The notes beneath the pieces were generated by a model. It was not told the DNA's origin. It searched no databases and saw only the letters and a list, made by a program, of their open reading frames with translations. From IMG/VR virus record IMGVR_UViG_3300020595_000014: a DNA stretch of 64,000 bases; one strand, given 5' to 3'. The translations under genes and the position numbers were made by a program. The first letter of the stretch is position 1, and every line of letters begins with the position of its first letter. The DNA is from an uncultured virus (IMG/VR IMGVR_UViG_3300020595_000014). Lineage: Duplodnaviria; Heunggongvirae; Uroviricota; Caudoviricetes. Below are positions 19,506 to 28,324 of the stretch, piece after piece.

Positions 19506-20321
19506 TTACATCTTCTTAGCTACGTTTTTCATTTGCTTGGATATCTTGGTAAGCATCTTACCATACGCTTGTTGTATTTGTTTTTCAGGATTGCTAAAAA
19601 GGCCTCCATCTGCTTTACCGCCTGCTAGTGCTTTGACAGTCTCTAGAGTTTTTAAATCATCAGCAGTTATAGCATTTTGATTATCTTCAACGTGCTCGGC
19701 ATCATTAAACACACCCAACTCATCTAATTTAGCATGTACCCACTCATATGGATCCCCTGTTCTAGCTTTTGCTACACCATAAGGCATCTCACCACTATCA
19801 AGATAAAATTCAAATAGCTCATCATACAGCTCATCAGCAAACTCTCCACTATTTTTGAGATCCTCTACTTCACTTGGATATTTCTGCAAGATAGCTTGTA
19901 GTCCGTCTGATGGAGATTCATTATCTTCAATATAACTCTTTACAGGCGGGGCAATAAACTTACCATCAACTATTTTACCATATGCACCGGACGGATAAAA
20001 TTCTACAGCGTCACGGAATGTAACATTGTGTGGTCTAACGCCGTTTTCATCCTTATAATCATCCGAATGTGCGCCGTGCAGATCTGGATCGATAAGATGG
20101 ATAGGGCCGTCTATCCCAAACTTGTCGATGGCTTGAGTTCTTAGAGCTTCATATCTATTAAGCGCCTTTTCGTGAGCCGCTTTATCTCCTGCGTCTACAG
20201 CACTGAAAAGTTCATCATCTAGTGCGATCATTTCATCTCTTAATGCTGTATCACTGCTAAGTCTCGAGCTATCCATACTCTCGTTGAGAATTTTATTTGC
20301 AAGTTGGGTATAATTATCCAT
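19506..20321 (-). CDS. Acidic modular hypothetical protein
   Basis: KILNES N-terminus, GEMPYGVAKARTGDP module, late motif 5 nt upstream. Confidence 0.6.
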   Translation of the reverse strand: MDNYTQLANKILNESMDSSRLSSDTALRDEMIALDDELFSAVDAGDKAAHEKALNRYEALRTQAIDKFGIDGPIHLIDPDLHGAHSDDYKDENGVRPHNVTFRDAVEFYPSGAYGKIVDGKFIAPPVKSYIEDNESPSDGLQAILQKYPSEVEDLKNSGEFADELYDELFEFYLDSGEMPYGVAKARTGDPYEWVHAKLDELGVFNDAEHVEDNQNAITADDLKTLETVKALAGGKADGGLFSNPEKQIQQAYGKMLTKISKQMKNVAKKM

Positions 20322-20329
20322 GTTATTAT

Positions 20330-20887
20330 TTATTTAATTAGAAGAAACTTAGTTGATAGTCTATTAAAGTACTCTTCATTAAGCCAAGTTAATCCGTATT
20401 TTTTAGTGTATTGCTTAATTTTACTAAAAGTAAATCGTGTATTATCATGATCTGCAGTACTTCTTACCTCATTTAGTAGTAAATAACCTTTACCTTGGTT
20501 AGATTCGAGTAGATGATGGAAGTAATCCAGACTATATCTACTAATGTATACTTTTACTGGTAGCATAACCTTAACTTTCCTAAGGACGCTGCATATAGAC
20601 TTAATAATATCACTTTCATTGTGAAATTTAGCTAACGAAACATCATTTAGCTGTGTATTATTAAAGAATAGAATATTTTTCTTGTTAGACTTACTCTTTA
20701 GGATAGCTTCACATAAATGGAGTATAGTGTAATGTAGGAATAGGCGTCTTACAGTAGTATTATTCAGAGATTTCTGAAGTAAATCAAACTTGTATAAGTC
20801 ATCTACAATACTATCACTAGCCTTTTTAAAAACCTCATTACAGTTAATAAGGTTTATATTGTATATTCCTAGATCTACATTATTCAT
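20330..20887 (-). CDS. Hypothetical protein
   Basis: 185-aa ORF with TATAAT 7 nt upstream of ATG. Confidence 0.6.
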   Translation of the reverse strand: MNNVDLGIYNINLINCNEVFKKASDSIVDDLYKFDLLQKSLNNTTVRRLFLHYTILHLCEAILKSKSNKKNILFFNNTQLNDVSLAKFHNESDIIKSICSVLRKVKVMLPVKVYISRYSLDYFHHLLESNQGKGYLLLNEVRSTADHDNTRFTFSKIKQYTKKYGLTWLNEEYFNRLSTKFLLIK

Positions 20888-21314
20888 TAACCTTATTATA
20901 ATACTGTTCCTTTAGAGCTTTAGGTGGTCTACCTATTCTACAGTTTATAATACCATTATAATAATCTTCACTTAATAGAACATCACGTTCAAATTGCATC
21001 TTAGATTCAAAATAACTTAGTTCAAATTTACTACCACAAAATCTTAAAATTTGGAATGTAAAAGTCTCCTTACCAAGCTCTTCAATATCAGCATTAAGTC
21101 TATCTGAAGAGCCTGTATAGGACTTCCAATCACTCTCTACAAAATCAATTCGTTTACGCTTCTTACCTTTGAGTGGTGCTCGTTTAATACGCTTTACCAT
21201 CTGTTTTTTACCTATATACTTCCTTTGATTTACTGTATTAGTAATTTCATATATAAAACCGAAAGCATCCGCAGGTATCGTGCCATGTATTGTCCAGTGA
21301 CCTGTTTCCATCAC
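20880..21314 (-). CDS. GIY-YIG-like nuclease-domain protein
   Basis: FGFIYEITN...KYIGKK...ESDWKSYTGSS...E...YYN. Confidence 0.75.
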   Translation of the reverse strand: MMETGHWTIHGTIPADAFGFIYEITNTVNQRKYIGKKQMVKRIKRAPLKGKKRKRIDFVESDWKSYTGSSDRLNADIEELGKETFTFQILRFCGSKFELSYFESKMQFERDVLLSEDYYNGIINCRIGRPPKALKEQYYNKVNE

Positions 21315-21320
21315 ATGTAC

Positions 21321-21707
21321 TTACTTTTTCTTTTTCTTTTTTCTACGTTTCCGGCCAATCGTCCCGCGCCGAGTCTGAATGCCGCCTAATATCTGAGGTA
21401 CTCTAGCATCGCCGGGAGCGTACCAATCGCCTGATTGTGAATGACCTACTGCAGCTGCTGGTCCAAGAGCACCTCCACCTACTGTATTACCTTCATCCTC
21501 GTCATGAATTGTCTTAAGCTTACTATAATATGCAGGATCTTCAGCGAGATGCTGTTTGGCTATAGTTGTTGCAACATCTTTATCATCAGTATGTTCTAAC
21601 TCTACCTCAATACCCATTTTAAGTTCATTTTCATCATAATCAATATCTTCCACCCCTTTGAGTAGTTTATCTATTGTACGTTCAAATAATCTCTGTGTAT
21701 CCCTCAT
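21321..21707 (-). CDS. Conserved phage protein (DUF5661-like)
   Basis: ELKMGIEVELEHT...IAKQHLAEDPAYYSKL; poly-Lys C-terminus. Confidence 0.7.
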   Translation of the reverse strand: MRDTQRLFERTIDKLLKGVEDIDYDENELKMGIEVELEHTDDKDVATTIAKQHLAEDPAYYSKLKTIHDEDEGNTVGGGALGPAAAVGHSQSGDWYAPGDARVPQILGGIQTRRGTIGRKRRKKKKKK

Positions 21708-21800
21708 ATTAATATTTATTTATGTATTACGTCTTAGGCTTTCTATGTTATATCACTAGTTAGTAGTTGCAAGCCGTGTAAATACATGTATAATAAGGAT

Positions 21801-22202
21801 GTGAATGCGGAAATAATTGAAAGATATAGTAAAGAGATTGAGACTGAGCTACATATCGATGAGTTTAATATCAAAGAGATGTCACTTAAGACTCCAGCTC
21901 GTAAACACTACTGGGTCTGCAGATTGATTCAGCATAAAAAGTCACTCCTTAATCTAAAAGCTGAGAGGTATTCCTTAAGAGAAGATATAGTACAAGCTAT
22001 ACAACGTGAATCTCCAGTAAAGGTGACTAGACCTATAGCAGAGAAAAGCTCATATCAACATGAGGGAATGATAGAATTGCAAAATCGTATCGATGAGCAA
22101 GAACTAATTGTTGATTATCTAGAAAAGGTTGAAAGAACATTTACAAGCTTAGGTTTTGACATCAAGAATATCATCGAGATAATGAAGATGGAAACTATAT
22201 AG
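21801..22202 (+). CDS. uvsY: UvsY-like recombination mediator
   Basis: Helical ~134 aa directly upstream of uvsW; C-terminal FDIKNIIE; GTG start inferred from promoter position (ORF track starts at 21786). Confidence 0.7.
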   Translation: MNAEIIERYSKEIETELHIDEFNIKEMSLKTPARKHYWVCRLIQHKKSLLNLKAERYSLREDIVQAIQRESPVKVTRPIAEKSSYQHEGMIELQNRIDEQELIVDYLEKVERTFTSLGFDIKNIIEIMKMETI

Positions 22203-22204
22203 GG

Positions 22205-23638
22205 ATGATTAAATTTGAACTAGTTAATAATAAGATTAGAATAGCAGGCGAACTCGTGCCCGCTATTCGCGATTTTTTTAGTGAAACCGATGCAACAGCT
22301 CGATTTAGGTTGAAGGGTAGAGCTAGACATTTTGCTGATATCAGAAATTATTGTATTACACCAACCGGTCTCTTCGAAGCTGGATTATTTTTTGATATAT
22401 TAAGATACATTAAGGAGGTTTATCCTGATGAGGAATTACATATTGATAGTAATGTATCTGATATTATAAAACCTACGTTAGCAGCCACAGACGTATATGA
22501 TGAGTTAACACTACCATTGAGAGACTATCAGTTAGCTGCTTGTAAGAAAGCAATTCAATTTGGTAGAGGTATTCTAAAAATGGGTACAGGTGCCGGTAAG
22601 ACTCTAACAATATGCTCTCTACTATCGAGTATGTTTAAGAGTACGGGTGATACATTTAAATGTCTTTTGATTGTACCAGATTTAGGCTTAGTCAATCAGA
22701 CGTTTAGCGACTTTAGTGAATATGATGCACCCTTTAAGTATACTAAATGGTCCGGTAAGAATAAACCAGACTTTACTGCTAATGTTATTATAGCTAACCT
22801 AGGTATACTTCAGAGTCAATTTAAGGATAATGACTGGTTAGAAAAGGTAGATGCGTTAGTTATAGACGAGTGTCATAAAGTCAAAAAAAGTAATAAGGTA
22901 AGTAAGATGGTACAACAAATTAGAACTGTTCATAAGTTTGGATTGACTGGCACAATGCCTGATGGTAAGGTTGATGAATGGAATATTATCGGTAAGATAG
23001 GGAGTATCATATATGAGAAAGATAGTTTTCAGTTACGTACCGAAAAACACCTTACCCCAGCAAGTACAACTATTATTGAGTCTGAATTTTTAAAATCACC
23101 AGCATATAAAACAGGTGCAGACGCTAAACTGAATTACAGGCTCGAATTAGATTTCATATATGAGAATCAATTTCGAAATAATATGATAAATCAGATATGT
23201 GCTAACTTTAACAACAACATTCTAGTATTAGTAAATCACCTGAAACATGGTGAAACACTTTATGATCTAATGTCAACCTTAAAAGATAAGCGAGTATATT
23301 TTGTTCAGGGTGAGCTAGAGGTCGAAGAGCGCGAAAATATTAAGAGAATAATGGAGGTAGAAAGTAATGTAGTTTGTATAGCTATGAGTTCTATTTTTAG
23401 TACCGGGGTTAATATTAAAAATATACATATGATTGTATTTGCTGCTGGTGGTAAAAGCTCCATACGTACTATTCAGACTATAGGCCGTGGCTTACGTTTA
23501 CATGATAGTAAAGACAATCTTAGGATAATTGATATAGCGGATCAGCTTAAGTATGGTCAAAAGCATGTTGCCCGTAGAAAAGAAATCTACGAGCAAGAGA
23601 GGATACCTTATAAAATAGTGCAGGTTACTGAAAAATAA
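22205..23638 (+). CDS. uvsW: UvsW-like SF2 DNA helicase
   Basis: LRDYQ, GTGAGKT, DECH, GLTGT, STGVNI, QTIGRGLR. Confidence 0.9.
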   Translation: MIKFELVNNKIRIAGELVPAIRDFFSETDATARFRLKGRARHFADIRNYCITPTGLFEAGLFFDILRYIKEVYPDEELHIDSNVSDIIKPTLAATDVYDELTLPLRDYQLAACKKAIQFGRGILKMGTGAGKTLTICSLLSSMFKSTGDTFKCLLIVPDLGLVNQTFSDFSEYDAPFKYTKWSGKNKPDFTANVIIANLGILQSQFKDNDWLEKVDALVIDECHKVKKSNKVSKMVQQIRTVHKFGLTGTMPDGKVDEWNIIGKIGSIIYEKDSFQLRTEKHLTPASTTIIESEFLKSPAYKTGADAKLNYRLELDFIYENQFRNNMINQICANFNNNILVLVNHLKHGETLYDLMSTLKDKRVYFVQGELEVEERENIKRIMEVESNVVCIAMSSIFSTGVNIKNIHMIVFAAGGKSSIRTIQTIGRGLRLHDSKDNLRIIDIADQLKYGQKHVARRKEIYEQERIPYKIVQVTEK

Positions 23639-23679
23639 GTTGAAAGTTACATAGTCATATACTATACTATAGTTATATT

Positions 23680-24192
23680 ATGCCTAGAGACAAAGAACCT
23701 AAGACCGATAAGAAGCCTAAGACTGATGAGGCGCCTGCACTCGAGGAGAAGCCTAAGCCTAAGAAGAGAGGGCCTAAGCCTAAGATTGACCAGTATTATG
23801 TTAATCCTGCTGTGTTTAAGCAGCAGATTAGAGAGTATTATGTAACTGAGGATTGTATTTTCGAGCTTGCAAACTCACTTAAGAAGATTGCTTATGGTCT
23901 TGGTAATAAATCAAATTTTATAAATTATACCTATAAAGAAGATATGATAGGTGACGCTCTAGTTAAGATGTATACAGCTCTGCAGAACAAAAAGTTTAAT
24001 GTAGATTCAGAATACAATCCATTCTCTTATTTTACTACTATTGCATTTCACGCTTTCATTAATAGAATTAAAAAAGAGAAAAAGCATCATCAAACTCTAT
24101 GTGATTATAAAGAAGTAGTTTATGAAAAAGAGATGATGGATTCCGGAGGAGGTCATGTTTATGTAAAACCCACCAACCCTGACGACTATTAA
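23680..24192 (+). CDS. gp55-like late-transcription sigma factor
   Basis: YYVN, NFINYTYKEDMIGDA, NPFSYFTTIAFHAFINRIKKEKK. Confidence 0.9.
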   Translation: MPRDKEPKTDKKPKTDEAPALEEKPKPKKRGPKPKIDQYYVNPAVFKQQIREYYVTEDCIFELANSLKKIAYGLGNKSNFINYTYKEDMIGDALVKMYTALQNKKFNVDSEYNPFSYFTTIAFHAFINRIKKEKKHHQTLCDYKEVVYEKEMMDSGGGHVYVKPTNPDDY

Positions 24193-24193
24193 T

Positions 24194-25243
24194 ATGGGTA
24201 AAAAGGTAGCCATATTTTCTGATATACACCTCGGCGTTCACCAGAATAGTGACTTCTGGCTAGGTGTAGCAAATCAATGGAGCGACTGGTATATTGAGGA
24301 CTTGAAGTCCAAAGGTATTTCTGATATTATATTTTGTGGAGATTTCTTCCACTATAGAGACGAAATAAGTGTTAAAACATTAAATTTCGCTAAAGACTTT
24401 TTAGATAAATTTAGCGACTTTAATATTACGATGATTACTGGTAATCATGATGCGTGGTATAAAGATACTAGTGAAATTAACAGTCTGAGTATATTGAGAG
24501 GTTATAGTAACCTGACGGTTTATGATAAAATGACGCAATGTAATATACACGGCGTTAATACAGTCTTCTGCCCATGGGGCACTCAACTAAAAGACATTCC
24601 GGATTGTGATTTAGTATTCGGTCACTTTGAGTTAGTTAACTTTAAAATGAACTCCTTTAAGGTATGTGATCACGGCGACAATCCGGAGGCTCTAGCTAAT
24701 AAAGCACCTCTAGTATTCTCAGGTCACTTCCACTTAAGAGCGAGTAGAAAGTTCGATAATAGTGAAATCATATATGTAGGTAACCCTTATGAAATGGATT
24801 TCGGTGATTCAGGGCAGACCAAAGGATACTATGTTTTAGATCTAGAGGATTTAAGTTATGAGTTTTATAAAAATACTGTAACACCTAAACATGTTAAGAT
24901 ATTTCTATCTAAGCTTATAACACAAAAAGATCCTGAAGCATACTTTAGATCTGAAGTAACCGGTAACATTATTAAATTTATTGTAGATAAAAATGTTAAT
25001 TCAGCAGATATGGATTTACTAGTTACAAAACTTGCTAGTTATAAGCCTAGTGACATTAGAATTGATTATGATGCTAATTATAATAAAGTACAATTCGCAG
25101 AAGATAATGAGTTTGATCTTTCTGGAGTAGATATGTCGGAAGCTATTACTGAATTTATTAACATGTTAGATATTGATAATAAGAGTGAAGTTGCAAAATA
25201 CACTACAGAACTATATAACCGATCAGTAGATAGACCAAAATGA
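24194..25243 (+). CDS. gp47-like (Mre11/SbcD) recombination nuclease
   Basis: SDIHLG, GDFF, GNHD, GHFE, SGHFH, YVGNP. Confidence 0.92.
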   Translation: MGKKVAIFSDIHLGVHQNSDFWLGVANQWSDWYIEDLKSKGISDIIFCGDFFHYRDEISVKTLNFAKDFLDKFSDFNITMITGNHDAWYKDTSEINSLSILRGYSNLTVYDKMTQCNIHGVNTVFCPWGTQLKDIPDCDLVFGHFELVNFKMNSFKVCDHGDNPEALANKAPLVFSGHFHLRASRKFDNSEIIYVGNPYEMDFGDSGQTKGYYVLDLEDLSYEFYKNTVTPKHVKIFLSKLITQKDPEAYFRSEVTGNIIKFIVDKNVNSADMDLLVTKLASYKPSDIRIDYDANYNKVQFAEDNEFDLSGVDMSEAITEFINMLDIDNKSEVAKYTTELYNRSVDRPK

Positions 25244-27045
25244 AATACGTAAATTTTAAAGAGTTAAAAATTAAGAACTTCTTATCAGTCGGTGAAGAAG
25301 TAGTGAAGGTAAACTTCGAGACTGGCTTGCATATTGTTACTGGTATAAATCGCGATAAGGAGGATAGAAGAAATGGTGTGGGTAAGAGTACTATTGCTGA
25401 TGCTCTATACTTCTCAATATTCGGTAATACATTACGTGAGATTAAGAAGACCTTTATACCTAATAATTTAACAGACGGTAAGACATCTGTCGAGCTATTG
25501 TTTAGTGTTGATGATCCGCAATATGGTATAAATGACTTTAGAATTGTACGTACCTTAGGACCTTCAAAATGCACAATATATAAGAATGATATCGATAAGA
25601 CACGTGATACTATTCAAAATACAAACCAGTATATTGAAACCGTATTATCATCATCACCAGAGATATTTCAGAATTGTGTTATTATGACTCTCAATAACCA
25701 TATACCTTTTATGGCTAAGAATAAGGTCGAGAAGCGTAAATTTATTGAAAAGATTTTTAATCTAGAAGTATTCTCTAAGATGCTAAACGATGTTAGAGGC
25801 GATCAGAGTGAGGTTAAGAAAGACTTTGATATTAATGTTACTCGGTTAGAAGAAACGTCCGGTTATTTGCAACTACAGCAGAACCATAAGAATAATTTTG
25901 ATATTGACCATGGCAGGAAGATCAATACATTAGAGTCAACCCGCGACCGACACTCAGCTGATCTTAAAGCAGCTAATGAGCGACTGGACAGTATTAATAA
26001 TTTAGATGCTACTCCTTTTGAAAAAAAGAAAGAGGAAGTAAGTCAGAAGAAGAATGCAGTACGAGATGAAATAGATGCAATTAATCATGATTTAATTGAG
26101 TGTAAGCTAACGCTAAGAACTGCAGCTGAGGACTATAAACAGATAGGTACATCAGAAGCCGATTGCCCGGTATGTCTCCGGCCAATTGCTGATCATGATA
26201 TAGAAGCTATCAATGAAAAGAAGCTTCATATAAAGGCTGGTATAAACAAACAGAAAACAAAACTAGATGAACTTACTAGTGACTTAAATGGTAAGAAGAC
26301 TCTTGAAGAGAAAATTAATAATGCAATTCAAACTCTAGCCGATAAAATTACTAACATTGAGAGAGAGAAATATAGTATCAGTCAAGTTAGTGACTCTGTT
26401 AATTATATACAAAAATGTATAACCGAAATTGAGAGTGAGTTAGAAGGAGTAAAGAATGAAACTAATACTTTCGATAGTGTAGTTAATGAGTATCAAGATA
26501 AGGTTGATACTATTAAGGCTGATATTAACAGTCTTAAAAATAGATTAGACTTCTTAGATGTTGCAAAGTTTGTCGTCTCAGAAGAAGGAGTAAAGAGCTT
26601 TATCGTTAAGAAAATTTTACGCAACTTTAACTCTAAACTTACGCACTATCTCAAGAAACTAGATAGTAATAGTATTTGCGTCTTTAATGAGTATTTTGAA
26701 GAGGAGATTATTAATGAAAAAGGTAAGGTATGTCTTTATAATAACTTCTCTGGAGCTGAAAGAAAAGCTATTGACCTCGCATGCCTCTTCTCATTTATGG
26801 ATATGCGAAAAGCTCAAGGAGATGTTCATTATAACCTTAGTTTTTATGATGAGCTATTTGATAGTAGTTTCGATGAAAAAGGTGTTGATCTAGTTTTAGA
26901 GATCTTAAATGATCGGGTAGAGACGCAAAAAGAGTGTATATTTGTAATTAGTCACCGTAAGGAAAGTATTAAAGCTGCTACCGGTGATATTGTATTTTTA
27001 GAGAAGAGTAACGGTATTACTAAACGCGTAGAATTTGTGGATTAA
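25240..27045 (+). CDS. gp46-like (Rad50/SbcC) ATPase
   Basis: KNFLSVG, NGVGKST, coiled coil with CPVC hook, FSGAE, DELFD, VISH. Confidence 0.93.
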   Translation: MKYVNFKELKIKNFLSVGEEVVKVNFETGLHIVTGINRDKEDRRNGVGKSTIADALYFSIFGNTLREIKKTFIPNNLTDGKTSVELLFSVDDPQYGINDFRIVRTLGPSKCTIYKNDIDKTRDTIQNTNQYIETVLSSSPEIFQNCVIMTLNNHIPFMAKNKVEKRKFIEKIFNLEVFSKMLNDVRGDQSEVKKDFDINVTRLEETSGYLQLQQNHKNNFDIDHGRKINTLESTRDRHSADLKAANERLDSINNLDATPFEKKKEEVSQKKNAVRDEIDAINHDLIECKLTLRTAAEDYKQIGTSEADCPVCLRPIADHDIEAINEKKLHIKAGINKQKTKLDELTSDLNGKKTLEEKINNAIQTLADKITNIEREKYSISQVSDSVNYIQKCITEIESELEGVKNETNTFDSVVNEYQDKVDTIKADINSLKNRLDFLDVAKFVVSEEGVKSFIVKKILRNFNSKLTHYLKKLDSNSICVFNEYFEEEIINEKGKVCLYNNFSGAERKAIDLACLFSFMDMRKAQGDVHYNLSFYDELFDSSFDEKGVDLVLEILNDRVETQKECIFVISHRKESIKAATGDIVFLEKSNGITKRVEFVD

Positions 27046-27074
27046 ATAAAAAATCCCTATAATTAATAGTATAT

Positions 27075-28289
27075 ATGCTCAGCCAATCTCCCTTCCAGAC
27101 TTCACCTATGCGAGGCGCTCTCCCTATGGGACTAGCTAATCAAGTGCGTAACGTTCAACAACCAGCAACGCCAAAGCCTCAAGAGCTCGGTCTGCCACGT
27201 TTTATGAACTACTACGCTGATTACTCCGGCTGTGGTCACTGGAGAATGATATGGCCTGAACAGGTTATGAATGCTCATAATAAAGCTGTAGTGCATGGTA
27301 CAACAGTAATGAATGGAGATACGAGACAGTATGTAGGAGTGAAGGGTGTGCGTATACAGAGACAAGCAACGCCACAGCAATTAGAGTTTATTAAATTTGT
27401 GCGCAATATTGCAGACAAACAAAATTTTAGGCTTATATATGAAATTGATGACATCTGCTTCGCGGAGGATATACCTGATTATAATAAGTTTAAGGGGGCA
27501 TTTACTGATCCTCAAATTAGAAAGAGTGCTCAGGAGATTATGGCCATGTGCGACGAAATTACTGTTACATGCCCATTCATGCGCGACTACTATAAAGAGA
27601 AAACGGGTAATGAAAATGTAACTGTTATACCTAATTTTATGCCTAAGTTTTGGTTAGGTAATAGAAGCGACCTGAGTCGCACGATGAAAAGTTTTGAAGA
27701 TAATAAAAAGAAGCCAAGAATCTTATATGCTGGTTCCGGTGCTCATTTTGATGTTGATAATAATGTAGGCCAGAAGGATGATTTTGAGCATGTAAATAAT
27801 GTTATTGCTAAAACAGTTGATAAATATCAATGGGTATTTTTAGGAGCTTTTCCGCTGTCACTTAAACCATTAGTTATGTCCGGTAAGATCGAATTTCACC
27901 CATGGGTGAGACTTTTTGAATACGGCGACAAATTACGTGATTTGAACATTAATATGGTTGTTGCACCTTTACAAGATAACGTATTTAACCGTTCAAAGTC
28001 AGATTTAAAATATATAGAAGCATGTGCACTTGGCTTACCTATTGCATGCCAGGATATGTGTACATACGAGAATGCACCCATTAGGTTTAAAACAGGAGAT
28101 GAGATGATTGCTCAGATCGAGAGGACTTTAGGCGACAGACAGCGTTACAAGTCTTTATGCAAAAAAGCTTCAGTATATGCTGATACACGCTGGCTAGAGA
28201 GCGATATTAATGTCGACTGTTATACGGAACTTTACCAGTATAACGTCGGTGATCCTAAGAGAGTTAATCTAGCTAGATACAATAAGTAG
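27075..28289 (+). CDS. GT-B-like glycosyltransferase
   Basis: GCGHWRM, IQRQ, YEIDD, VIPNF, APLQDNVFNRSKSDLKYIEA. Confidence 0.75.
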   Translation: MLSQSPFQTSPMRGALPMGLANQVRNVQQPATPKPQELGLPRFMNYYADYSGCGHWRMIWPEQVMNAHNKAVVHGTTVMNGDTRQYVGVKGVRIQRQATPQQLEFIKFVRNIADKQNFRLIYEIDDICFAEDIPDYNKFKGAFTDPQIRKSAQEIMAMCDEITVTCPFMRDYYKEKTGNENVTVIPNFMPKFWLGNRSDLSRTMKSFEDNKKKPRILYAGSGAHFDVDNNVGQKDDFEHVNNVIAKTVDKYQWVFLGAFPLSLKPLVMSGKIEFHPWVRLFEYGDKLRDLNINMVVAPLQDNVFNRSKSDLKYIEACALGLPIACQDMCTYENAPIRFKTGDEMIAQIERTLGDRQRYKSLCKKASVYADTRWLESDINVDCYTELYQYNVGDPKRVNLARYNK

Positions 28290-28290
28290 G

Positions 28291-28318
28291 TTGATACTAA
28301 GCGGAACTACATTATAAT
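28291..28318 (+). promoter_or_regulatory. Sigma70-like promoter for DNA polymerase
   Basis: TTGATA-N16-TATAAT, 6 nt before GTG 28325. Confidence 0.65.
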
Positions 28319-28324
28319 TATGAT

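Noticed and set aside
20880..21314. GIY-YIG ORF as a mobile homing endonuclease or intron
   Set aside because: Short, lacks a C-terminal DNA-binding domain and interrupts no gene
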